Origin: the human T2T-CHM13v2.0 reference genome, Homo sapiens
DNA length: 64,000 bases
Strand: one strand, 5' to 3'
NCBI RefSeq assembly: GCF_009914755.1
Contig: NC_060936.1
The notes under the pieces are model-generated. The model had not been told where the DNA came from, searched no databases, and saw only the letters and a program-made list of their open reading frames with translations. Positions 1 through 14,149 of the stretch are shown piece by piece. How positions within the stretch are numbered: position 1 is the first letter of the stretch; every line of letters begins with the position of its first letter. A program made the translations under genes and the position numbers.

Positions 1-400
1 GGCACTAAAGGAGAATTGGGAGCAGGGGAGTTGGTATTGCAATTTAAAATAGATTTGTCAGGGAACTCTTACTGAGAAGATGATGTTTAAGTGAAGACCA
101 GGGGTTGGAGGAGGAGTGAGATATGTTGATATCTGGGGGAAGGAACATTCCAGGCCAAGAGAACTGAAGAGGTAAAGGCCCTGGGGAGGGAATGTGCCTG
201 GTGTGTTTGAGGATCAGCAAAAAGGAGAGGCCAGTGAGATTGAAGCAGAGTAAGAAGAACAGTAGGAGATAGGGTTTTAGCGATAACACGATCAGATTGG
301 GTAAGGAATTGTACACCAGTGTAAGTCTTTGGCTTGTCTTGGAATGAGTGGAAAGCCATGGGGAGAGGGGTTGATCAAGAAAGTGACATGATTTGACTTA
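1..400. mobile_element. Old LINE (L2-like) fragment
   Basis: Purine-rich L2-type phrases (aggccagtg...gcagag; ggaaagccatgggga); the sequence resumes after the Alu at 712. Confidence 0.55.
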
Positions 401-404
401 GGTC

Positions 405-711
<307 letters not shown>

Positions 712-773
712 TTGACTTAGGTCTTAAAAGAATCACACTGGCTGCTGTAGTGAGAACACGATATAGGAAGACA

Positions 774-1245
<472 letters not shown>

Positions 1246-1350
1246 GTTTGTGTCAACAACTGGGGGCTGGGCAGGGGCAGAACAGTCTGGCCGGAGATCC
1301 TTGCTATGTCTGGGTTTTGTCCCTGCTCAGCCACCCACATCTCTCCCCAG

Positions 1351-1434
1351 ACCTCATATTCAGTGTTGCGGCGTCTCACCGTTCAACCTAAAACCCGGTT
1401 CACACCCATGCCATCAACCCCCAGAGTTCAGCAG
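1351..1434 (+). CDS. TROAP: TROAP coding exon, TSYSVLRR...PRVQQ
   Basis: ctctccccag|ACC acceptor and CAG|gtaaga donor; 84 nt, frame preserved. Confidence 0.92.
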
Positions 1435-1584
1435 GTAAGAGAGGGCATGGAGAGGTGGCTGGCATAAGTCACAGCTAGGGGAGAAAGGAGATGGATGGGT
1501 ACAGGAGAGAGAAGACAGAAGCAAGGGGAGGCTGAGTGCCATCTGTGGGTGTCAGCCCTTGCTGACATCTCACTTCTGTGCCAG

Positions 1585-1644
1585 GCCCAGTGGCTGCGTG
1601 GTGTCTCCCCTCAGTCCTGCTCTGAAGATCCTGCCCTGCCCTGG
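1585..1644 (+). CDS. TROAP: TROAP coding exon, [20 protein letters not shown]
   Basis: ctgtgccag|GCC acceptor and TGG|gtaagt donor; 60 nt. Confidence 0.92.
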
Positions 1645-1732
1645 GTAAGTATCAGAAGCTTCCCCCTACTGAGATCCCTTGCCCTGTGCTGCCAGCCTGG
1701 AGGCCCAGGAGTTTGAGGCACACGTGCTTTCT

Positions 1733-1870
1733 GGGCCAGGCATGGTGGCTCACACCTGTAATCCCAGCACTTTGGGAGGCTGAGGTAGGAGGATTGCTTG
1801 AGCTCAGATCTTTGAGACCAGCCTGGGCAACATAGTGAGACCCTGTCTCCACTAAAATTTTAAAAATTAG
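1733..1870 (+). mobile_element. Alu left monomer (FLAM/AluJ)
   Basis: Left-arm sequence only. Confidence 0.85.
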
Positions 1871-2046
1871 AAAGTGCTCTCTGGAAAAGCTGCCTAACTC
1901 TCACTGCTTCTCTGCTGCCCCTCCTAATGTACATCTAGGGCCTCTCAGTTAGGGGCTTCAATCCATTCCTCATGAGGGTGGGACTCAGGCTGGTCTTTCT
2001 CCTGCCCCAGCCTGGCTTGCTTGTGTGCCTTGTTCCTTGGTGACAG

Positions 2047-2181
2047 GAGCAGGTTGCCGTCCGGTTGTTTGACCAGGAGAGTTGTATAAGGTCACTGGAG
2101 GGTTCTGGGAAACCACCGGTGGCCACTCCTTCTGGACCCCACTCTAACAGAACCCCCAGCCTCCAGGAGGTGAAGATTCAA
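2047..2181 (+). CDS. TROAP: TROAP coding exon, EQVAVRLFDQ...QEVKIQ
   Basis: tgacag|GAG acceptor and CAA|gtgagt donor; 135 nt, open frame. Confidence 0.9.
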
Positions 2182-2334
2182 GTGAGTCTGTGTGGCCAAC
2201 AGCTTTGATGTCTATTGAACAGTGACTGGGCTGAGGAAGAGGGAAAAGAGATGGGGGATCAGGAATAGGACAGTGTGGGTAGACTACTGAACGCACATCT
2301 TGATGTCACACTGGGGTGCTCTCTCCCACCACAG

Positions 2335-3133
2335 CGCATCGGTATCCTGCAACAGCTGTTGAGACAGGAAGTAGAGGGGCTGGTAGGGGGCCAGTGTGTC
2401 CCTCTTAATGGAGGCTCTTCTCTGGATATGGTTGAACTTCAGCCCCTGCTGACTGAGATTTCTAGAACTCTGAATGCCACAGAGCATAACTCTGGGACTT
2501 CCCACCTTCCTGGACTGTTAAAACACTCAGGGCTGCCAAAGCCCTGTCTTCCAGAGGAGTGCGGGGAACCACAGCCCTGCCCTCCGGCAGAGCCTGGGCC
2601 CCCAGAGGCCTTCTGTAGGAGTGAGCCTGAGATACCAGAGCCCTCCCTCCAGGAACAGCTTGAAGTACCAGAGCCCTACCCTCCAGCAGAACCCAGGCCC
2701 CTAGAGTCCTGCTGTAGGAGTGAGCCTGAGATACCGGAGTCCTCTCGCCAGGAACAGCTTGAGGTACCTGAGCCCTGCCCTCCAGCAGAACCCAGGCCCC
2801 TAGAGTCCTACTGTAGGATTGAGCCTGAGATACCGGAGTCCTCTCGCCAGGAACAGCTTGAGGTACCTGAGCCCTGCCCTCCAGCAGAACCCGGGCCCCT
2901 TCAGCCCAGCACCCAGGGGCAGTCTGGACCCCCAGGGCCCTGCCCTAGGGTAGAGCTGGGGGCATCAGAGCCCTGCACCCTGGAACATAGAAGTCTAGAG
3001 TCCAGTCTACCACCCTGCTGCAGTCAGTGGGCTCCAGCAACCACCAGCCTGATCTTCTCTTCCCAACACCCGCTTTGTGCCAGCCCCCCTATCTGCTCAC
3101 TCCAGTCTTTGAGACCCCCAGCAGGCCAGGCAG
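2335..3133 (+). CDS. TROAP: TROAP large coding exon with Pro/Glu-rich 33-aa repeats
   Basis: ccaccacag|CGC acceptor and G|gtaagg donor; lies within ORF 2275..3741. Confidence 0.95.
2572..2900 (+). repeat. TROAP: Coding tandem repeat, 99-bp (33-aa) unit, about 3.3 copies
   Basis: Units start at 2572, 2671, 2770 and 2869; consensus EPCPPAEPRPLESxCRxEPEIPESSRQEQLEVP. Confidence 0.95.
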
Positions 3134-3403
3134 GTAAGGAGTTGGCTGGGAAGGAGTGTGAACACAAGAGGTCCTCACCTCACTGTGAGCTGCACACCTG
3201 CCCTGCCCCTACCCCAGGCAATCTCATGCTTCCACACCTTCCACCCTGGCCCAGCCTGGCTCTCCCTCAGGAAGAGGGGAGGGGCTGCACTTCCAGCCCT
3301 GTGCTCCTAATTGGCTTGGCCGTTGGTGGGGGAGGAGGAGAGGACAGTACATGGTGGAAGTATAGGACCCCAGACCTCCCTCTAAATTTTCCATGCCCCT
3401 CAG

Positions 3404-3597
3404 GCCTCAGCAATCTGGCCCCTCGAACCCTAGCCCTGAGGGAGCGCCTCAAATCGTGTTTAACCGCCATCCACTGCTTCCACGAGGCTCGTCTGGACGA
3501 TGAGTGTGCCTTTTACACCAGCCGAGCCCCTCCCTCAGGCCCCACCCGGGTCTGCACCAACCCTGTGGCTACATTACTCGAATGGCAGGATGCCCTG
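3404..3597 (+). CDS. TROAP: TROAP penultimate coding exon, (G)LSNLAPRTL...EWQDAL
   Basis: cccctcag|GC acceptor (phase 1 matches the upstream exon) and CTG|gtgaga donor. Confidence 0.92.
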
Positions 3598-3762
3598 GTG
3601 AGACTCCAACCCACAGCCCAGCTGTGGCTGCACAGTGAGCCTGATGGGAGGTGGGGAACAGGGACAGGGGGCCACCTGGGCTTCTTCACAGAGAGGTCAG
3701 CAGGAAGGCTTGGCTACAGTGCAAGGTTGGCTGAGCTGTGACAAGGTCTTCTCTGTCTCCAG

Positions 3763-3807
3763 TGTTTCATTCCAGTTGGTTCTGCTGCCCCCCAGGGCTC
3801 TCCATGA
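3763..3807 (+). CDS. TROAP: TROAP last coding exon, CFIPVGSAAPQGSP*
   Basis: ctctgtctccag|TGT acceptor; stop TGA at 3805-3807 followed by a second TGA. Confidence 0.9.
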   Translation, partial: CFIPVGSAAPQGSP

Positions 3808-3903
3808 TGAGACAACCACTCCTGCCCTGCCGTACTTCTTCCTTTTAGCCCTTATTTATTGTCGGTCTGCCCATGGGACTGGGAGCCGCCCACTTTTGTC
3901 CTC

Positions 3904-3909
3904 AATAAA
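3904..3909 (+). terminator. TROAP: TROAP polyadenylation signal AATAAA
   Basis: First AATAAA, about 100 nt after the stop codon. Confidence 0.85.
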
Positions 3910-4612
3910 GTTTCTAAAGTATCCACGTGTCTAGCTAAGTGTCCAAACAGGCCAGCTACTGCTGTCACTCTCCCACTGCCCACAGGATGGCAGTGTCCTC
4001 CAGCTCAGAGGCCAGCCCTGGGCTCTTGGGATCCCCCAGGCTCCCATCCAGAAGCCGTCCTGAATCCTGAAAGGGAAGGAGGAAACCCACTCCTGCCTAG
4101 CCCACCCCCTTGCAAGCTCTGAGCCTCCCACTCCTGCCAAGCCCACTCCCTCGCAAGCTCTGTAAATATGTTGGCGGGCAATTGGAACCCCTGTTCCCCT
4201 TGCTTTTTGAGATCAGTCTCACTTAGCTTGCAGGAGCCCTAGACGACTCCTTCACCCCCTAGAGCTCCTCTTCTAGAACTCTCTGCGTGCATTGGGCAGA
4301 AAAGCAGAAGCACCAGACCCAGACCTTTGGACTCTTCCCTTATTAGGCTGGTGTCTCCCTCCACCTACAGCGTGAGGCCCCAAAGCTCTCCTGAAACAGA
4401 CCATCCTTCTTCCTCCCCATAGCAGAGTAGAAGCACACACACACCCCTTTTCTGCCAGAGGCAGGCCTTGCCTGGAATTAACTAAAACTTTGCCTCTGGC
4501 AGGGACTGACAGCACGGTAGGAGCTCTTTAGAGGAATGAGGGAAAGGGTCCGCCACTTTCCCCCCAGTCTATGCACCAAGTTAAGCAGCCACACACAATC
4601 CCCCAACCTCAC

Positions 4613-4618
4613 TTTATT
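4613..4618 (-). terminator. C1QL4: C1QL4 polyadenylation signal AATAAA
   Basis: tttatt on the + strand about 630 nt beyond the stop; downstream GT-rich element (acacacaa on +). Confidence 0.75.
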
Positions 4619-5243
4619 AGAAGAGGCAGCAGCAGCTGTAGCCCCAGGGCCTAGTCCGGATAGGGGGGAATGGGGACTGTACAGAATGCGTTTTAAATGC
4701 CAGGAAAGAATTCACTGGTTCCTCCAGTTCACAGGAAGGCTGCCAAGGCTGGAGCCTGAGCCTGAAAGTGGAGACGAGGGGACGAGAGGGTGGCGAGAGA
4801 AAGTTGTGACGGAGAACCTGCACTACCCTGTTTTAATGTCTTCTCTTGCCTAAATGGGCTCCTCCTGTTTCTGTTATTTCCCTCGCAAGCTGCGGGGGCT
4901 TCCCTCCGGCTTTCTGGGCCTCTGAGTCCCGCTATTAAAACTGCTCCCCATCTCTGTACAAAAGAGAAAGCCACGACCTCTGCCCCTATGGGGTCCAGCG
5001 CGCACTTGGGTGCGGGTGATCCCTCCGGAAGTCGCTCTGCTCCTCTGGCCGGGTCTCCTCCTCTTCCCGGCCACTTATACCCTTGAGCACCAAGAGTTCG
5101 CCCATTTAGGCCGCCTCCGGGAACGGAAGGGTCCACCCCACCGCCAGGCTCTCAAAGGGTGGGGTGGCGCCTCGGGTGGGGCGGGCAGGAGGTGGGTGAG
5201 GACGGGAGAGAAGGGGCGAGCGGGGGCACGGGGCGGGGCCGGC

Positions 5244-5423
<180 letters not shown>

Positions 5424-5571
5424 CTATCGAGGGAGAAGAACCTGCTCATGCTCTGTGTGGAGCTGGGGTGACGAGAGGGGTCGGGGCGGCTGGGCGTGCG
5501 AAGGCGGCCGGGCAGCCGCCGCAGGGGCTGGGGAGGACCAGGGAGGAGGGTAGGACATCACGGAGTTGCTC

Positions 5572-6043
<472 letters not shown>

Positions 6044-6101
6044 TAAATTATTTTTAATGCATTTTCAAATTACTATTCTCATTTTAAAAATAAAATTTGT
6101 C

Positions 6102-6426
<325 letters not shown>

Positions 6427-6720
6427 CTAAAATTCTGAACCGGCTGGGACCTCCTGTCAGTCCTCATGGAGGGTTGGCTTCCCCAGTGGTGGGGCATAGG
6501 TGTGCCTGTGCGTGTGCATAGGGTGCGGGCCATGATAAGGTGCACTGTTGCGCTCTCGCCTGTGGGCGCGGATTTCCCGACCAAGCACCCACTGGTGCCC
6601 AGGCGTGGGGGGTCGTCTTCTGCCAGAACAGGGAGCACTTCCTCCCCTCCGGGCTCATGGCGGTCGCTTCGGGCCTTCAGCCCCCCTCTTCTAGAGAGTC
6701 CCACAGGGGCTGGTTATTAA

Positions 6721-6736
6721 CTCATTAATTATTCAT
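6721..6736 (-). promoter_or_regulatory. POU4F (Brn3) consensus site ATGAATAATTAATGAG in the C1QL4 intron
   Basis: Exact 16-mer within an AT-rich patch embedded in GC-rich unique sequence. Confidence 0.65.
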
Positions 6737-8058
6737 CATTATTCTAATCACTATTTACCGTCCCCAGGGCCGCAGCGCCCGCACTGAAGAATACAGAGTG
6801 GGAGCTGCGCAGTCCCCTCCCCCTCTGAAACCCGCACGAATTAGTTACACACTGGCCCCCTCCACCTCCTCCCAGATACCCTGCATGGACCAAGCACACC
6901 TACTCGATGTCATATACAGATAGACACCGCTCTACTCTCACATCGCACTCCGCACTCACACACACTCCCTGACACACATACATATTCTTTCACTCCATGA
7001 GGACGCACACTCACTCCCTTTCCCCGGGTTCCTGGGGCAGCCCGGCTGGGATGAGATCCCAAAGCAGGTCTCGGGGCAGGTAGATGCTGCCGCGGTACCA
7101 GGCTCCTGCAGGCCTGAAGCTCCTGGGTCGCCACCACCCCCTTCATGCTGGACATCCAGAGGTCACCACTCAGCCCCAACCTCCCTCTGCAGCCTGTGCA
7201 GCTCTGGCACCTTCTCCCACCTACCCCACACCTGCGGCCTCTAGTTCCCACTATGTGTGAAATTTTGGTGCTAGAGCTTAGTCCTTGGGGCTATTCCCCG
7301 AAAACAGAGGCAACAGTGACTCCAACTGCCCACAAGGGCAGGGAACTGTGGAACCTGGATACTGAGAGATTGCTAGGGAGGGTGTGGGGCCTACAAGACC
7401 AGGCCAGGGCCCAAGGCTATTCTACCTGTCCCTTGCCTCTTTCCTCCCCCAAATCCATTCATTCCAGCCACCTGGCTGGCCCTTGAGCTGCCAAGCCACA
7501 GACTCTGCTGAGGGCAAGGCCGTTCTAGGCCCCCAGCCCTGGGGTGAGCAACAGAACAGCTGATCGGCAGGTGAAGTGAGCAGGCAAATGTTTTCTTCCT
7601 TTTATACCTTTTCCTCAAACATCCAACCCGAATGCCCTCAACATGAGAACAGCTGCTGACTTCCTATTGCCTGAGACATGGATTCCATTCTAATTCGAAG
7701 GAGCCTAGACTCCAGTTAGCTGGTCCAATGCAAGGCTGAGAGACCCAAAGGCCAGGGGGGCTGCCGCAGAAGAAAGGATAGCCCAAGACAGGACGAGAAA
7801 AGAAGCGAGTTGGCAGGGCGAGACACCAAAGACATCTGGTGTTGCCCATAGTTGCAATGTGAGGTCGCAGCTGCAGAGACACTCAGGTTTAAGTCCTGAG
7901 TTCTAATTCTAACACCATTCCTACACTCCGTGAGGCCCTAGGCAGAAGGTTTTCCTTCTCTGGCCCCCAATTTCCTCTGTGGGTAAATGAAGTCATCTAT
8001 CGTTCTTGGCAGCCTCGCGTTCCTGGATTCAGTGACGCTGTTTCGGGGAATAATCTCA

Positions 8059-9600
<1,542 letters not shown>

Positions 9601-9904
9601 TTTGGCATTCTCAGAGGCCAGAGGAAACCCAAAACAGCGATGGGATAAAGAGGGGTCAAGATACAAACACGCAGAGAAGACAGGGGTAGATTCCCGAGCT
9701 AAAATGAGGGGGAGGGACCTCACAAACAAACAGAAAACAAAATAAGAAGGGCTAGAAAAGATAGAAATTCACCACCCCACGCACCTCAGCGCCCGTGACC
9801 GAATAACATGGTAAAGGATTCAACTGATACTAGTTGGCCTGAACTGGAAAAGGCAAATCTCTAGCCAACCCTACCCCCACCCCTCAGTATTGGGGCGCGG
9901 AGCG

Positions 9905-9906
<2 letters not shown>

Positions 9907-9949
<43 letters not shown>

Positions 9950-9951
9950 TG

Positions 9952-9986
<35 letters not shown>
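9907..9986. repeat. Compound microsatellite (TG)n(GA)n, followed by GA-rich low-complexity sequence to about 10206
   Basis: Direct reading. Confidence 0.95.
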
Positions 9987-9990
<4 letters not shown>

Positions 9991-12415
9991 TAAGAGAACA
10001 GATCAGCCCGGGGGAGCAAGCAAGAAACCGACAAGAAAGCAGAGAAGGAGCGACAGAAATCAAAGAGAAGGAAAGCTAGATAGAGATGCAGAGACAGAGA
10101 CAAAGCTTCGAAAAGAGACGGACTGACAGCCCCAGAGGGGGAGAGGGAGAGACAGAGACAGAGGAAGAGAGACAGAGCCGGGACAGGTTGACAGATCGAG
10201 AGAGAAATGTAAATGGCGCGCTGCAGAGAGACACCCAGGTCCGTGTTTGGACTCCAATGTGACATATCAACTGTGGGGAAGATGCGGGGGCAGGGCGGCT
10301 CTGCCAGCAGTGCTAGGCTCTGGGCCTGTGCATTGTGACAGTGTGCTCCAAAGTGTGGAGGTGGCCATGGGATCCTGGCCCTGTGTGTCCCTGGGTGAGT
10401 GCGATTGTGGATTGTGTGTTGTCTTTGTGTATGTATATGTGAGGGCTGTTTGAAGGGAGGTATTTGTATTTGTCTTCCTCCTAGTCCCTCAATTTGGAGC
10501 CCACAAATGCCATTTTTCCTACCTTGGGACTGAGAATGAAGGACTCTACTGGACAGAGAGGAAGTCAGAAGACAGCTGTCTTCTCATTTGCCCTGCCCAG
10601 CTCAGCCCAATGCCACCCCTGCCCTGGTCCCAGACTTATCCAGTCCCAGGAGTCTCTGCCCCTTCCTCCTTCTTCAAGAGTTTGTTGTTAGATGAAACCC
10701 AGAGAAGTTGGATCCCACATAATGGGTATTTGGGTGGGGGTTGAAGTTGGCCATGCAAATTAATGTAAGTAAAATGCAGATTAGGTGCTAGGCACCCTCC
10801 TGTAAGAGGGGACTGTATCTGTCTTTCCGAGCGGCCAAGACATTGCTAGACACAGGCATTGCTAGATCAGAGTCCAGAGAAAAAGCTACTGGCTGCATCC
10901 TCTCTTAGGGCCTGGGCCTTCTGGGGAAAATGTCTTGCTCACAGGGACCCCAGAGGCTAGGAAAACAGGTTCTAGGACTGGTAAAAAGTGGGGGCATTTG
11001 GAGACCCTGGAGGTGAGCAGCTGCAAAGGCCTCTTAGAGACCAGGATAAGCCAGGACTATCATGTATGGGAGAACATTGTGTAAGATGGAGGGCACAGGG
11101 CACACCAGGGCATGATTATTGGATGGAGAGTGATTTCCTCCTCTCTTGTTTTCTGTACTCCTTCCTTGCACCCCCGACCCCCGCCTCATAATGATGCTGG
11201 GAGAGAGAGGTTCCTAAGGCTGGGCCTGTGTTGGGGGTTGGGGGAGGCCCCTACATGTCTGCAAGGAGTGGGAGAGAAAGGATTGGCAGTCAGTGGGGGA
11301 GGGGCCTCCTCCTCCAACCATAAATACAAATTTTATTCAAGGTCTTTGTCGCCATTTGTCTTCCTCGGGGGGCTGAGGGCCGTGTCAGCCCTCTGCATGT
11401 CTAATTCCGGATCTGCTCCCCCAGGCTGGATGATGGATGGATCAGAGAGCAGGCCCAGGCTCACACCAGCCTCCCCTGCCTGATCCTCAGGCCCCATCCA
11501 CCCCAGGTCCTGACTCCTCTCCCTCCCTTTTCCCTCCCTCCACTCACCAGAGACCCCCTCTGCCCAGCCACACTCCTCACTCCACTCATTCTACTCACCA
11601 AGGTCCCCTTTTTAAGTCCCTCACCTCAGCCCCTTTCAGGTCCCAGTCCTCTTCTCTCTAGAGCTTCCCCTCTCCTCCCATCCCCAGCCCAGGCTGTGAG
11701 ATGTGGTGACCAGCAGGGCTGCAGGCAGCAGCGGATCTGTGTGGTCGGGGGAGCCGGCTTGGCTCACGGGGAGCTGAGGGGCCAGCTCCATGAATTTATT
11801 CATGTTCTGTTGCTCTTTTCCCACACTCTGGAATGAAGCTGCCAGCTCACCAGGTCCTTATTGCTTCCCCTGCAGCTGCCACATTCTGCCAAGAAGGGAC
11901 CTGGGTGGGGCCAAGGCCAGCCTGTGCACCTTGGGCCAGAAGCCAAGTGTCTGGGCTCGAGGCAATGCTGGGGCCCAGGCCAGGGTCTGGGACAATTTTC
12001 CCAGAACTCCTCTGGCAGCCAAACTGGGAAGCCCCAGGGAGGTGGTATGGTTGGGAATGGGAAGTAGGTAGAGAAGGGTGTGCTGCAGGACAAAGAAGGG
12101 GCAGTGGAAGTGGGGGGCAGAGTTGGCAGGGGGAGCGGAGAGGAGAGGAAGCCTTTAACAGTTTCCTAGGCTCCCCCACTTAAAGGTTAATGCAGCCTTC
12201 AGACAGACCAGTCTGTCCTTGACTCTGCATTAGCCTTGACCCTAACCCCTATTTATATACTCGACTCCTCTTCAATCCTAAAATGAATTTTAACTCCATA
12301 AACTGACCCTAAATGGAATGCCTCCCTCACCTGTCCTGGAACCCAGGGGGATCCCCAGAATCCCCCCCAGGGCTATAGCTAGGTGTGTGTCAGAGTTCTG
12401 AGGACCAGACTTTGG

Positions 12416-12445
12416 ATTAGCATGTGATTAGCATATGATTTGCAT
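12416..12445. promoter_or_regulatory. Three octamer-type motifs at 11-bp spacing
   Basis: ATTAGCAT gtg ATTAGCAT atg ATTTGCAT. Confidence 0.55.
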
Positions 12446-12954
12446 GTGATATGTGCCTTCTACTCTGTGGAAGTTTTCATGTTAAAATTTTATGAAGTCT
12501 AGTGGAAAGGTCCTGGCTCCTTGAAAGTTCTCTCTTTTTGTTCCTTCTCTCACACTTACTGTCACTGACCCAGACCCCCTCAAGGGAAGAAAGGGGGTGA
12601 AGAGGTGAGCAATAGAGGGCCCTTGGGAGGGAAGGCTCCAGCAGCATGATATGCCTGCATCACTTGAACGTGCCTCAGTTTCCTCATCAGTAAGAGAAGA
12701 GAAACCTCCTCGCTGCCTGACATTTTATCAAGATCTAAGGAAACACTTTTTTTTTTTTCCTTGCACTCTCTCCTTCCTCCCCTTCAGGGCCCGTCACAGT
12801 GTGGTTCTCCCTACTCATTCCCACACTCTGGCTTTCAACTCCCACATTGAAGATCACATGGATCTGGAAGCAGCCTGGGTTGCCTGGTAGCAGTCCTCTA
12901 GTATGAAGACAAGGGAATCCACGTGAGAGGACAGGGGACGGCATGGAAAGGGAA

Positions 12955-13150
12955 ACAACATTATTGAGTCCTTATTGTATTTTAGGGCTTTAACATGCAA
13001 CTTCTCGTTGCATCCTCACAGCACCCTTTAGAGTTAGATCTATTGTCCCCATTTTAAAGATAAAAAAACTGGGGCCCAGAAAGGGGAAATGGCTTGTCCA
13101 TTATCACCCTGTAAGGGATAGTCCTGGAATTAGAGTTATGACCTCCTGGC
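12955..13150 (-). mobile_element. MIR
   Basis: atcctcacagcaccc...tattgtccccattttaaagataaaaaaactggggcccaga. Confidence 0.7.
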
Positions 13151-14149
13151 TTCCTTCTCAGTTCCCTAGAGGAGACAAATGGCACCCAAGGCAGTGGAAG
13201 AGTGAGAGAGGCAGGCCAGGAGTGGGCAGTGAGATTTGAATGGCTTCCGGGAGCCTTTTGTATGTGAGGCCAAAAGGGTTGGGTCTTGGCTCCGTGTATC
13301 CCCCAACCCCCACCCTGACACTGTTAAGCATGATGCCCAACAGGTGCTCAACTGTTGGCTAAAGGATGGCCAAAGTTAGTTTCAGAGAACAACCGTCCAG
13401 ATGGAGGAAGAGAGGGCAGAGAAAAAGGAAGGCAAAGGAAAACGAAGCGAGTCAAGGAAAATTTGCTTAAGGGACAAAAGGGAAGCCTGAAGCCGGCTGT
13501 TCTCCGACTGCAGCTGGGAAAACCGTCCCAGCCCAAGAACCTGCTCATGGTTTGCCTCCTTGCAGAGACTACCCTCCTGCCTCTGCCATCACGGCCAGGC
13601 CCAGGGCTCCCACTCATCAGCCAGTGCCTCTGGCACCAAAACTCAGTGCAACCTTAAGTTCAAAGTATCGCACCAGGGTCCACAGGGCTGAAGACAAGCT
13701 CCTGGCTTCTCAGAGAGTGGGTAAAGACTGCTTCCAAGGTGTCTGCCAGGCCAGAGCTGTTGCTGACTTACTTCGGCAGCCCTCCACCCCTGGCCAGGTG
13801 CTGCTCCTAGCCTTTGACTCCTCCACCTCCCTTTGTGCCCCCCTCTGCCTCCACCGCTTGCCAGCTCCAGCCTCCAGTTAATGAAATGTGGGGATCGGCT
13901 GCACAGAGAGCTGTCAGACCCCTCATTTCTCCTCTGGGATATTGACTCCGGGTCTGGGAGACCCACAGGTGAAAGGAGGCGGGTGGGGTGCGGGAAGTTG
14001 AGGTAGGGGCGCATACTGATGAGAGCCCCGAGACCAGGAGGTAGTGCTAAGCTCCAAGTCTCGAGGGCTCGGCTAAGCGAGGAAGGCCCTAGGATGCTCT
14101 TTCTGCTTGGGGTCCCCAGCTTTTCTCTGACGAGCAGGACACTTAACGA

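Noticed and set aside
2572-2900. CRISPR-like regular repeat
   Set aside because: Contiguous coding tandem repeat with no unique spacers, in a mammalian exon.
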